64,000 nucleotides of DNA. It comes from Monocercomonoides exilis PA203. Lineage: Eukaryota > Protista > Preaxostyla. Each line of letters starts with the position of its first letter. Position 1 is the first letter of the stretch. Under the pieces are notes generated by a model. It had not been told where the DNA came from and made no database searches. It saw only the letters and a list, made by a program, of their open reading frames with translations. Where the stretch lies: positions 806,001 through 870,000 of the forward strand of contig LSRY02000005.1 in the NCBI GenBank assembly GCA_001643675.2. The letters are read 5' to 3'. The translations under genes and the position numbers were made by a program. Shown here one piece after another: positions 35,418-46,872 of the stretch.

Positions 35418-35489
35418 GGCCTGATGGTCTAGTGGTATGATTCTTGCTTTGGGTGCAAGAGGTCCCGGGTTCAATTCCCGGTCAGGCCC
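35418..35489 (+). tRNA. tRNA-Pro (anticodon TGG)
   Basis: 72 nt. Acceptor stem GGCCTGA/TCAGGCC, A box TGGTCTAGTGG, anticodon arm CTTGC-TTTGGGT-GCAAG, T arm CCGGG-TTCAATT-CCCGG. Confidence 0.98.
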
Positions 35490-35495
35490 TTTTTT
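35490..35495 (+). terminator. RNA polymerase III T-run terminator
   Basis: T6 immediately follows the tRNA discriminator base. Confidence 0.85.
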
Positions 35496-35669
35496 ATCAA
35501 TTGTTTCATTTTCTGTTAACTTTTCTATTTAACATTTTGATTATTTTTATCAATTTCATCGGTGTTATATTTTCATTTTTTGTTTTAATTGTATATAAAA
35601 AATTGCTAAAATTATAAAACATAACAATTAGTTAACCATTATAATACATTTTATTTTTATTGATAAAAG

Positions 35670-36396
35670 ATGGATAGTTTTTCATCTTCTTCAATGTCGC
35701 ATCAAGATGTGACATTTTTGGTTCCTGGTCTTGTTTACGATGAAATTGATTTTGAAAAAAGTGAGCAAATTTAATTTAACATTTATGATTTTTCAATTTC
35801 ATTCATTCCATGCATTTATTTCTCACTATTTTGACCAGAAAGAACTTCAACTTTGAAAAATAAAAGGATGAAAGATATTTTTGATCACATTTGCAAAGTT
35901 ACTCGTCCAGTATCATTTATTGAATTAGTTTCTTGATTCTCATTTATTTCATGTTTTTCTTTAGGAATTTGATGAGACAAACGAAGCACTGATCGAGATT
36001 GAAAATGCAGTTGAAAGACAAAAAGATAAATTGAAAGCAAAAGCTAAATGCGGATCTGAGGGAAAAAAATCCTTTTCATCTCATGTGTGAAATTTAAATT
36101 TTTTGTCCAATTTGTAATTTTTGAATTAGTCAACTGGTGGAATGCCTTTTTCAGAAATGATGAGCGGAATACCATTAATGGCATTTCTTACCGGATCCCA
36201 CGGAAAACCAGATTTCCCTGGAATGGCTGGATCGAAAAAAAGTTCTGTGATCATTGAAGATGCTGATAGTGACGAAGACATGGAAATACCTTCTCATCCT
36301 TCAACAAGAAAAGGAGCTATTATTGAAACAATAGACGATGAAGATGATGATATAAAAATTGATGATGATGAGGATATGACGAAAACAGTAGATTAG
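35670..36396 (+). CDS. Four-exon hypothetical protein with acidic C-terminus
   Basis: Splicing three GT..AG introns gives a continuous frame: MDSFSSSSMSHQDVTFLVPGLVYDEIDFEK/KRTSTLKNKRMKDIFDHICKVTRP/EFDETNEALIEIENAVERQKDKLK.../STGGMPFSEMM...TKTVD*. Confidence 0.7.
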
Positions 36397-37018
36397 AAGT
36401 TCACAAGAAAGTAATTTGAAGAGAATATAAAAATTGATTTTATTTTTAATATCTTTTTATTTTTTGGAACAATCTTTGATATTGTCAATTTCTTCCATCA
36501 TGAAAGCAATTGTCTTTTTTTGTTCATTCGAAAGAAACATTTTAAAAAAGAAAATACATATATCATTCATTTTGTAAAAAGGAGTAGTTGCTATATTTTT
36601 GAAGATGTATTCATTCTATTGATAAAAAAAAAAATCGAGTATTTTTTGCTTTCATCGAAGCCTAATATGAAGTTTTATTATTTAAACGGAAATAATTATA
36701 TAAATGAGAATTGCTCACGTTTTTATAATTGAAAGAACTGTTCACTATCTTCTGTCTTGTTCAGATTGAAGAAAAGATAATTCTCATTATTTTCGAATGG
36801 GTATGATCTAAAATCAGAAACATCAAAACTTTTTCTTTTTGGAATTGATTTTTTCATAGAGAAACCGTTCTCCAAAAAATAATTCTTCATTTTATCAGAT
36901 GGGACCTGAACAGAGTAAAGAAGAAGAGATTCGACCTGATCCACCGAAACCAGGTATATTTTATAAAATTCGTTTTTTTAAAACTAAAAAATGATGCAAA
37001 ATTTTACAAAAACCTAAA

Positions 37019-40000
37019 ATGCTGTTTAAAGTTTCAACTGCCTTTATGAGGAAACATTCAGTCAGTTCTCCTTTTTCAGGTCTTACTGGATTGACAATTC
37101 AAAGAACAAATCCTTCGTCTTTAAGAATGCAGCAAAATGTGCTATCTCCAAGTCCGTTGCGAAAAGGCTCAATTTCAATTCAAAGGAAAGGGACACCACC
37201 TCCGCAAATAAAACATTCTCCTCTTGTTTCTTCGCACAAACGTCGAAACTCGGCTGATGGTGATGCTCCTTTGACCAAGGCTAATACTGTAAATTACGAG
37301 TTTGTTTGGAATTATGGCGCTTGTAGCTTTGTATCATTAGTTGGTTCGTTTAATTGTTGGTCTGAAAAGATTGATTTTTCTCCTCGGCCTTCTCCTTTGG
37401 ATCAGCTTGGGCCTTCTCAGGATGATATCACTAATGGGCAAATATCGCCTGAGATCTTAGCAAAAATAAAAAAAGAGCAAGAAAAATATCATGGAAAAGT
37501 TAAACATTGGACCAAACAGTGGAATGTTGTTGTATCTCTTCCTGTTGGACAGCATTTTTACAAGTTTATCGTTGATGGACAATGGAGGTACGATCCACAA
37601 GTTACATGCGGAACAGATTCGAATGGAAATATGGTTAATGTGCTTGTGCTAGAACATTCTGACATTGCTTTTGACGAAAATTCCTCATCAAATGTGATTA
37701 ATCCTCTTACGAGCATTTCTGAAACAACATCTCAGCCACACCAGCTATCGATTATTCCTCCAGTTCCCATGACGTCTTCATGGTTGCAGCAGACTTCGCC
37801 CCAACATTTATCTCCTTCTGATGCATCCTCGTCTCTTCATCCTTCTTCACTGGCACAGCCGTCAACATCACCTGCATCATCATCATTGTCATCAGCATCA
37901 TCAGCATCATCAACACGCTCTCCCCGCTCCACTTTTCTTTTTGCCCAAACAGACAAGAAATCCCCCGTCCTGTCGCCTTCCGACTGGCAAAGCTACACCC
38001 AGCTGCAGATGGACTCCGAGTTCTACCCGCTTTCAGCCAGCACGACGCCTTCTGACGGGAATGCCTGTCCAGACGCCTCAGCAGCTGGTTCCTCAGCCTC
38101 GCGCACACCTTCAATAAGCCGGTCGCACACACCCCAGAGCTCTTCTCTAAGCCCGTTTGCGTCGTCCACCCCGCCTCTCTGCTCGCCTTCCTCGCAGACA
38201 CAAATCAACCCTGTGCATTCACAGCAGCAACTCTCCTCGCTATCATCTGCCCCGAAACCTCCTCCACCTCAGCCGTCTGCGTCGTATCTCAACCTTTCCT
38301 CCCCTTTCAATCTGGTCAAAGCCAACACCATCACCACCACTGCCTCGTCTGCAGCTCTGTCTTCCCGTTCCTTCCACTCGCCTTCCAACTCCATTCACGC
38401 GTCTCCCCTCAGCCTGTCCCCCAAAATCGAGTCTGGCAGACACGGAATGTACGCCAAAATCGGCCCAGCCTCCTCACGCGGTGCTTCCCCAGGGCCTCTT
38501 TCGCCGTCCCCATCCACATCGCCTTCTCTGACCCCTTCAGCCATTCCGTCGCCGACGTCTTTCCATTCCTCCTCTTCTCGCTCGACTCCTTCACCGTTTG
38601 CTCCGGTTCCGCCGGCTTCCTCGTCAGAGGCTGTTTCCTCTGTGCAGTTCCAACAAGGGAGCAGAAAGATAGAAGCCAGTTCAAATGCGAAGAAGAGCAA
38701 AGAAAAGAACGATGCCAAAAACGAAAGTGCAAAGAAAGAGGAGAGAAACAAAGCAGACAACAACAACAACAGCAGCAGCAGCCAACAACCACACGGACAC
38801 TCAAAAAGGACAGCATATCCAGTCATTGGCTATAAATCATCCTCAGGTGGCGATGAAGAAGGATTTGGATCCCATTCAAATGCGTTTAGTGGGGTGACGA
38901 CAGAGGACACGCAGTGGAGAGGGAGGTATGAGCAGCACAAGAAGGAGAGGGCAGCGGCTGGGCTGGAAGAGTCAGAGTCAGATGCGTCGCTGGATATCGA
39001 CAACGAAGTGAAGGAGAGCGAGATGAAGTACGGGGACGTGATCTTCGATGCGTTTGAGGACGACAACAAGCAGATGATGGGAAGAGGAAGTGAGCTAGGC
39101 ACAGGAAAGGAAGCAGAGAGGGAGAAGATGAAGGAGCTGTTAGCACAGAACCCGCTGTTGCGGTGGTCGCATGTGCTGCCTCCGCCCACGATCTTCAAGA
39201 AGACGAAGAAGCAGGCAGCGCCGTTTCCTGGTGTGCTGGGGACGAAAGTGATGAATATCCAGAGGCAGCGAGGGTGGGAGCCAGATCTGATGCCGAAGAT
39301 GGAGAATATCATTGTGAATCACTTGTGGGCAGCGGAGCAGCGGACAGTGAGGAAGATCAAGTATTTGGAGGTGATGAGGGAGTTGAGGCAGATGAAGGCG
39401 AAGGAGAGAGGGAAGGAGAAGGAGAAAGAGAAAGAGAAAGAGAAGAGTGAAAAGAAACAGAGGGAGAAAGCGATTGGGAATGAGCTGAGGCAAAAAGAAG
39501 AAGGATCAGAAAAGAAAGAGGGAAAAGAGGGAAAAGAGAAAAAAGGGAAGAAGGACAAGTCGAAACAAGGTGGAAAAGAGAAGAAGAAGGACAAGAAAAA
39601 CAAGAAGGAGGAAGGAAAGAATGCTGAGGTGGAAGGGGAAGCAGAAGCAGAAGGAGAAGAAGACAATGCAAACGATGCAGAGAACATTAACCAAGAGCTT
39701 AATAATTCCAAACAAGATCATCGTTTGCCTTCATACTTTGCAGAAATAACAGAAATGTCTGAGAAAAAAAGGAGAAATTCACTTATGTATCCGCTTCCCT
39801 TCCCTTCTCTCTCACCTTCTCCTTCTCCTTCTCCATCGCCCAGCTTCTTCTTCGACATTGAAACCCCTCCTTGTGCCTCACCCCCTCTTTCTCCTATTCT
39901 TTCTGCTTTTCCTTCTCAGTCTCCATCTCCATCTCCATCTCCATCTCCTTCTCCTTCTCTTTCCTTTTTCATTTCTCCCTCTGTTACTCCTTCTCCTTCT

Positions 40001-40762
40001 CCTTCTCCTTCTCCCTCTCATTCTCCTTCTCCTTCCTCCTCCTCTTCTTCCTCTTCTTATTCTTCTCCTATTTCCAGTGCCTCTCTTTCTCCTTCTCCTT
40101 CTCCTTCTGTCTCGCCACACCCTTCCTTCTCCACTTCATTCTTCTCAACATCCACATCTCAGCCACAATCAACCACTTCTGCTTCTTTGGTTCCGTTTGC
40201 ATCATCATCATCATCATCTTCCTCTTCCTCTTCCTCTTCTTCCTCTTCTTCACCATTTCCTTCTTCTTCTGTAAATGACAAGTCCACTTCACAACAACCA
40301 TACACCCAACCACCAAACAGTTCTTCCTCATCTCAAAATGCCCCTCCCTCACAAGACTTGTATGTGTCTCTGTCACCTTATCTCTCTCACATGCACCATT
40401 CTCCACCTCAGCCACTTCAACAGCCTCATCATTCATCATCATCATCTTCTTCTTCTTCTCCTTCTTCCTCTCCCTCTCCTTCTTCTTCTTTTCCTTCTTC
40501 TTCTTCTTCTTCTTCTTCTTCCTCTTCTCCTTCTGCCCTCAATTCTTCATTCACCCCAGCTGATCCATTCATTTTAGAGGCAATGGCTCGTCTGAACAGA
40601 AGCACAGACACAAAAGAAGACAGCTCAGCGCCTTTTCCTGCCTCATCCAACAAAGTCTTCTCAATTGATACAAATCCTGTTTCCAATGGCAATTCATCTG
40701 CTTCTGCTTTGTCTTCTGATTCATTGAATTCATCATTATCATCGTCTTCTTCTTCTTCTTCT

Positions 40763-40793
<31 letters not shown>

Positions 40794-41623
40794 TTTCCTT
40801 TTCTTCTGACACTTCTGCCCCCACAACATCCGAAGCCTCGCTCTTCAAAGCACTTCCGATGGAGGCTCAGCATCCAGCCACATCAGCCGAATCTTCACTG
40901 AAGCAATGCCAAAGCAACATGAATGGAGGAAACCAAGCAGCTGGACTTTCTGTCTTCACTTGTGATGAGCCAATGAAAACAGAAGAGAAATTCTCGTTTG
41001 AAATCCCCGCAGCTTCACAGCCTTCGCTCTCGACGTCGTTTTTCGATCCTGTGCCTGATCCAGCGAAAAGGAATGAAGCAGAAGAGGAAAAGAAAGAGAG
41101 GAAAGAGAACAAAGAAAAGAAAGAAGGGAAAGAAGACAAAGAAAACAAAGAGAACAAGTCCAAAAAGGGCAACAAAGAGAGCAGCATAAAAGATTTCCTC
41201 AAAGACGAGCACTCCAACTTGGCAAAGGCGTATCGCTGTGGAATCGACCCAGCCACTCTGAAGATCAGCCCTCTCATCAAAGTGCTGTTGGACTATCCGA
41301 AAGCTGACCAGAAGCCGGCTGTGATATTCAGCATGGTGCACAACTACAACTCGAAGATGACAACTGTGATGCTCTACATGCCAGCCCCTGCAGCTGTTTC
41401 TGAGGCGAATGCGAACACTTTCCTGTCTGGGCAGATCGTGAAGCACATGATGAAGAGGAAGGCAAAGTACTACAACATTAGAGTGGGCAATGTGCACACA
41501 CTGAAGCTTGCACCGGATGAAGGAGCGGAGCTGATGATTTTGAGGGAGAACGAAGAGAAAGACGGAGAGATGAGGCTGATGGGACTGACAGGGCAGACAG
41601 GGAATACAGAACCAATGGAGTAG
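37019..41623 (+). CDS. AMPK/SNF1 beta subunit-like protein, greatly expanded (1534 aa)
   Basis: CBM48 glycogen-binding motifs (FVWNYG..VSLVGSFNCW; LPVGQHFYKFIVDGQWRYDP..TDSNGNMVN). The ASC domain is in two pieces: PFPGVLGTKVMN...EPDLMPKMENIIVNHLW and VIFSMVHNYNSKMTTVMLYMP. Confidence 0.88.
39800..40810 (+). repeat. Coding (TCTCCT)n/(TCT)n microsatellite arrays encoding Ser-Pro and poly-Ser tracts
   Basis: Directly visible within the AMPK-beta ORF. Confidence 0.9.
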
Positions 41624-43006
41624 ATGAGTCCGATGGAGTTGCAGGAGAGCGTGTAAAGTTTGGCTGTTGCCTGATGATTGGCAACGGTGTTGTTACATCG
41701 CCTCACTTGCTGATTCCTTTTTTTTTAACTTGAATCAAGTTTAACTTTATTTCATTTTCTACCCTTTTCTTTATCCTTTATTGATCTTTGACTCTGTTTC
41801 ATTCTTTTTTTTATTTAAAAAAAGAATTTTAATTATATTTGAAGTGAGTTATGTCAATTGTTTTTGCATTCAAATTGTTTTACCTTTCATTTCTATAAAA
41901 GCGCTTTCATTTGAATTGGTTTGGCTTTATTTATTTATTTAGTTATTTATTTAATAATTATTGTTATTATTTTGATTTTTTAGAGCACAACTATTGAATT
42001 GTTTGCGAATCTTTCAAAATAAAAAAAATGTTTGTTTCACTGGAAATTATCCCATCTGTTTGTAAATGAGATTTGATCGAAGGGTCACATGCTTTGTGTT
42101 TATTGCCTCATCAATGATACATTCATCAACAAGATGTATTGATTGTTTTGTTTCAAACTATAATTTCTCTATTTTATTTTATTTTATTTTATTTTATTTA
42201 AAAAATCAATTTGTTTTGACTTCTTTCTTTTCAGCGTCGCATTGCAGCGATCGTCCTCATTCATTAGAAGTGCATCCTTTCAAAAAAAGTTCTTTTTCAC
42301 ATGTTTGATCAAAGCTGCAACTTATTTATTTGTTTTTGAATGTGTTTTTTTTTCCAGCAACATAAATTGAATATCCTAATTTCCTTAGAGTTGTTACAAT
42401 CATTCAATAATATGTCTATCTTCCTTGTTATGCTTTCTTTATTGTTTTGCTGCTTTGATGTATAATTTGATAGATGTATCCATTGTTTATGTGATATTAA
42501 TTGCAGATAGAGAGGGTTATGTGTTCATTTTTTAATTTTCACATTTATGATTTTTTTTTGAATTTTAATTAAAACTTTTGTTTTTTCCATTCCTTTTTTT
42601 TTCCTTTTTTCGATTTTGTTTTTTCAATCCCTTTAAAGAGGGATATAAATAAATACACATCAAAAAATAAAAAATATCAACTTGTGAGACTTTTTGTTAA
42701 CTTTTAATTGTTTCAAACAATTCTCTATTTGCAAAAGAATTATGCACGAAAGAAAAAACTTGGCAGTTTTTTTTTCAGAAGAAATCAGAGCTTCTTAACT
42801 GTGATTAATATTCACAGATTCTAAATCGAATCAAGAAATTGAAAAAAATACTGAATTATCATTTAAAATTGCAAACTGAAAACAGTTTTTCTCATAATTG
42901 TGAAATGTTTCATGAATGCACAGAAATCAAAATAACTAAATATTTCTTTCTTTTTTTCCATTGAAGTGAACTCTTTATTTTGTGAAATGATTAATTTGAG
43001 CGGACA

Positions 43007-44131
43007 TTACTCAGTTCTTGCCCTTTTTTCATGAAACTGTATTCTTTGCTCAAAATCATCATCGTAATCGTCTTCATCGTCATCATCAAGCGAGCCTCTC
43101 GAGGTGTTATACGCAGAACTTCTTGATGAATTGCTTGGAGCATATGAGCTTAGTCGCTTTTGAGGCAATTTATCGTGAGATGGCTGTGTAACTGGATTTG
43201 AATGTGGTTGCGCTGAACTGTGCTCTTCCTTGTCATCTTCTTCATCTTTTCCAGAAATCCTTTCTTCAACTTGCTTCAAGCCTCGTTCAATTCGCTTTTT
43301 CTTTTCTTCTTCCCGCTCTCTTTCAGCTTTCTTTTCAGCGTCTAAATCTACTTTTTCCTTTTCTTCCAATTCATCTTTGTCAATTTCGCCTTTATCTACA
43401 CTCTCTTCAGTCAAAAACACATAATCACGAGTACTATGCCCAAATTTCACAACATCCTTTTCTTTAATTTCATAATATTGATACGGCTCCAATTTTTCAT
43501 CGTTGAGAAATGTTCCATTTGTGCTCCTAAGATCCATAATAAAAGGACTAATTGTTTAAAATGTGATTTATTTCACAATAAATCTTTAATTTTTGTACAA
43601 ACCGAACGACAGTTTTCATTGTTCCATCTTTTTGCGCAAGAGATAATTTTCTGAAATAAAGAACAGCATGCTGAGAAGATGTCGAGGGATGCAAAATGGG
43701 AATATCCGCAATCTAAGCAATGGGATTAGAAAGTGAAATTACAATTCAATTTGTCATCTTAAATCAAACTCTTTTATCTCTTCCAAATAAGAATCCAGTA
43801 CGAGTATGAATTGGTATTGGATCTTTAAAAAAAATACTTTTCAAAATTTTAGTAAAAAAGAAATGAAACCTTCAACTAAATCATCATCTTTAAAACAATA
43901 AATTCTCCATCTCAACTTTGGAATATGAGCATCTGGGGGTTCGTCCCATTTCAAATAGATTCCTTTGTAGTAACAGCCTTCAGCAGCCAATGCGCCGCTC
44001 TAAAATAAAGAATTCAATACATAAATATTTTCAATCTTTACAAATGCGAAATATGAAAATACAAGGCAAACTTGTTTATAATTTGGTTCTTCTTTCTTGG
44101 TACTTGCATTTGTTTTCCCTAATTCAGACAT
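43007..44131 (-). CDS. SNIP1: FHA-domain protein SNIP1/Pml1 (RES complex), five exons
   Basis: The spliced product has EPNY..SGALAAE, LKWDEPPDA..PKLRWRIYCFK, FLFGRDKRIADIPILHPSTSSQHAVL and PFIMDLRSTNGTFLN..YYEIKEKDVVKFGHSTRDYV, matching the SNIP1 pattern. Confidence 0.9.
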
Positions 44132-44290
44132 AAATAGTTATTTATAATATATTACGGGATGTTTTTTCTTTTTGCATTTTCTTCAGAAATTGAGGAATGT
44201 TGTCTTTCATTTTCCTTTTGAAGATTTTTATCTAAACTGCGAAAAGGCAAAGAGAGCAAGTCTTAACCATTATATTAAGTTTATTTCTTT

Positions 44291-45708
44291 ATGAAACTTG
44301 TGTTTCTTGGAACATGGTTTGAGCATGTTGTTATGTAATGCATTTTTTGATATTAGTTTTTATGTTTTTTCAGTTCTGCTTTACCAACCCCTAAACGAAA
44401 TACTTCTTGCACAGCTTTGATTCAAGATAATAATGAAATGTGGCTTTTTGATTGCGGAGAAGGTTCTCTTCGTTCTTTGCTATCGCGAACAGACACGAAT
44501 GTAGGTAATATTACAGCAATTTTTCTTACACATTTGCACGGAGATCATATTTTTGGGTTATTCAGCGTATTGAGATGGTTAACTCTTCATGGAATCACAC
44601 GAACACTTGATCTAATTGCTCCCGTTGGGATTAAAGAACTCATTGAAACTGTACAACGCATTACAGATCTTGATATAGATTATCCTATTAATTTCATTGA
44701 ATTGGTTTGCTTGATTTTTAAGGAATGAAAAAAAATAAATTTCATTTCGACTTTATGTTGAATTCAGTACGGTTCAAAGGAGACAATTTTATCTCCATTT
44801 AATAAGTCACAGTTCAGTGCAAATGCAATCCAAAAGTTGGGAATGCCTATTATTGCGCTTCCACTTTCTCATCGAATTCGATCATTTGGATATTTTCTGG
44901 ATATACCTTATAATTATGAAATGTATAGTGGAGAAAAAGAAAAATCACACAGATTGTTGATATGCGGTGATACGGGAAATGGATATGGTCGCCCACCGGG
45001 CACATTTTTTAATCAATCTGAAATACCTCCATCTCTTTCTCTTGGAGATACTTCATCTGCAACACCTTCATCTCAGCAAATCACAACAAGCTCATCATCT
45101 TCAATATGTTCTCCCTCCTCTTCTGCGACTCCTTCATCGAGCACCCAGCCATTTATTTTGAGACCAGAGCCAAAATCTTTATCTGTCACTTCAACTGATT
45201 TGCAGGAGTCTTATATGGGAGCCATGCCAATGTTAGGTCCATCAGTTACTCCTCCAGTCACCCCAAAGCCATTGTCTTCGGACAGTTCAAGCCGTCCTGT
45301 TCGCACAACACACAATTTTGGAGATGCAGGCGATTGGGAAAGGGTTGAACGAATTGTGCAATATGTTGACACTTTAGTGCATGAAACAACATATCCTGCT
45401 GATCGGGAAAGAGATGCAGAATTTTGGGGTCATTCTACGACTGTTAACACAGCACAACGAGCGAAGCGATTAAAGGCTAAGCAGCTTGTCATGATGCATT
45501 TCAGGTTTGAGCATTGTTTTATTGATGATTCTTTGGTTGATAGTTTGATTTGAACATGGACATTTTTTTTAAAAAATGTATTAGCGCCAGATATTTCAAG
45601 CATAGCGATGATGGTTTGAAATTAATGAAGAAGGAAACAGAACGCGAATGTGGACCTTCAATAAAGGTAATATGCCCTTTTGATGGAACAGATCTTTATT
45701 TGAAATGA
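44291..45708 (+). CDS. Short-form RNase Z (ELAC1/ElaC-like metallo-beta-lactamase), four exons
   Basis: MKLVFLGTCSALPTPKRN, LFDCGEG, THLHGDH, HRIRSFGY, GDTG, VHETTY, GHST and MHFSARY after splicing three introns. Confidence 0.92.
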
Positions 45709-46262
45709 ATAGTTTATTTTAATAAATAATTTATATTATAATTTCTTGAAAAAGATTTGATAAGGTAATTGAATTCAATTATGATATCTTTTAAAAATTT
45801 TTAAAGTTTCTATCTATTATGTATATTTTCTATTGGAGCATTTTTATTGTTGTATTTTGAAAATTATTGTAGTTTACGATACAATCATTTTCTGAGTAAA
45901 AATTTGAAGTAATTTATTCTTTTTCAACCACACTGTAATCATCATTTGTTTTATTTTGTTTTCATTACAATTGCAACCTTTTCCTTTTTATTTTAAAATG
46001 CTTGAAATATAAGCATTTTTATATTTTTTGTTTTCAATTTCTGTGTGATTTTTTTTAAAAAAAGTATACATTCAACAAAATTTCAAAGTGTCTTTCTAAG
46101 TTAAATTCTCATTCTCGATTATGAAGCGTTCTTGGTGAAAATCGTTCATTTTAAATGCGATGTGAATTACACACATTCAGAAAGGTTGTGAATTGAATGA
46201 AAAAATAAAATACTTTCAAAAAGATTGATGTTATTCAAATATGTGAGGCAATAACACAAAAT

Positions 46263-46802
46263 TTAACTTGAAGTTTGTTGCCTCAATTCAACAAGTTGTT
46301 TTTGTAATTCATCTGCTTTCTTTTCTGCTGCCTCATGAAGCTTTTCAACTCGTTCTCTATAAGTGTTTCATTTTGATTAGAATATAATCAAATTGCAAAA
46401 ATCAAAATGATCTAACAAATACAAACAATTCTTCTTTCAAATGATGTTCATGCTGAGCAAGAATGTGAATAGTTTCCTCTTTGCTTTGGGGAAACATAAC
46501 AGTTCCCACTTGCTTGTAAATTTCATCAGTATCTTTCGCTAATTCAAGCTCCTAACAGTAAAGAACGAACAAGCATTAAAATTTTTATTTCATAGACTGC
46601 TTTATGCAAACTTTACGTGTCATTTCATGCTCTGTTTGTTGTGCAAGAAGCTTTTGCCTTGAAGATGCCAAATCGGTCAGTTCTATAAAAAAAGTTTGAA
46701 GATCAATTTGAAGACATCAACCATACCCTTTTGAGAGCTTCTTATTTCCGCAAGCAATTTATCGAGTTTCTCTTGAACTTCTGGAGCGAGCTGTGCCGAC
46801 AT
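46263..46802 (-). CDS. PFDN6: Prefoldin beta-type subunit, most like subunit 6; four exons, absent from the ORF track
   Basis: Spliced: MSAQLAPEVQEKLDKLLAEIRSSQKELTDLASSRQKLLAQQTEHEMTRKELELAKDTDEIYKQVGTVMFPQSKEE...LVELRQQTSS*. Coiled coil, beta-hairpin, coiled coil, with the RQKL.AQ..E...EL and YK.VG.V signatures. Confidence 0.85.
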
Positions 46803-46872
46803 TTTTCTTCTCTTTTTCTTTAAGTTCCTTACTTATGGTAATGGCCCATATTACAACTGACAGGATCCCCAA
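46803..46872. promoter_or_regulatory. Putative 70-bp bidirectional promoter between PFDN6 and the NAT10-like gene
   Basis: Only 70 bp separate two divergent ATGs. Contains GTAAT-GGCCCAT-ATTAC. Function is inferred from geometry only. Confidence 0.5.

Noticed and set aside
36723-36944. 73-aa minus-strand ORF upstream of AMPK-beta
   Set aside because: GTG start, no motif and no supportable exon structure.
42050-42310. Coding-like minus-strand fragments
   Set aside because: Short and stop-ridden. Possibly a surface-gene relic, but not supportable.
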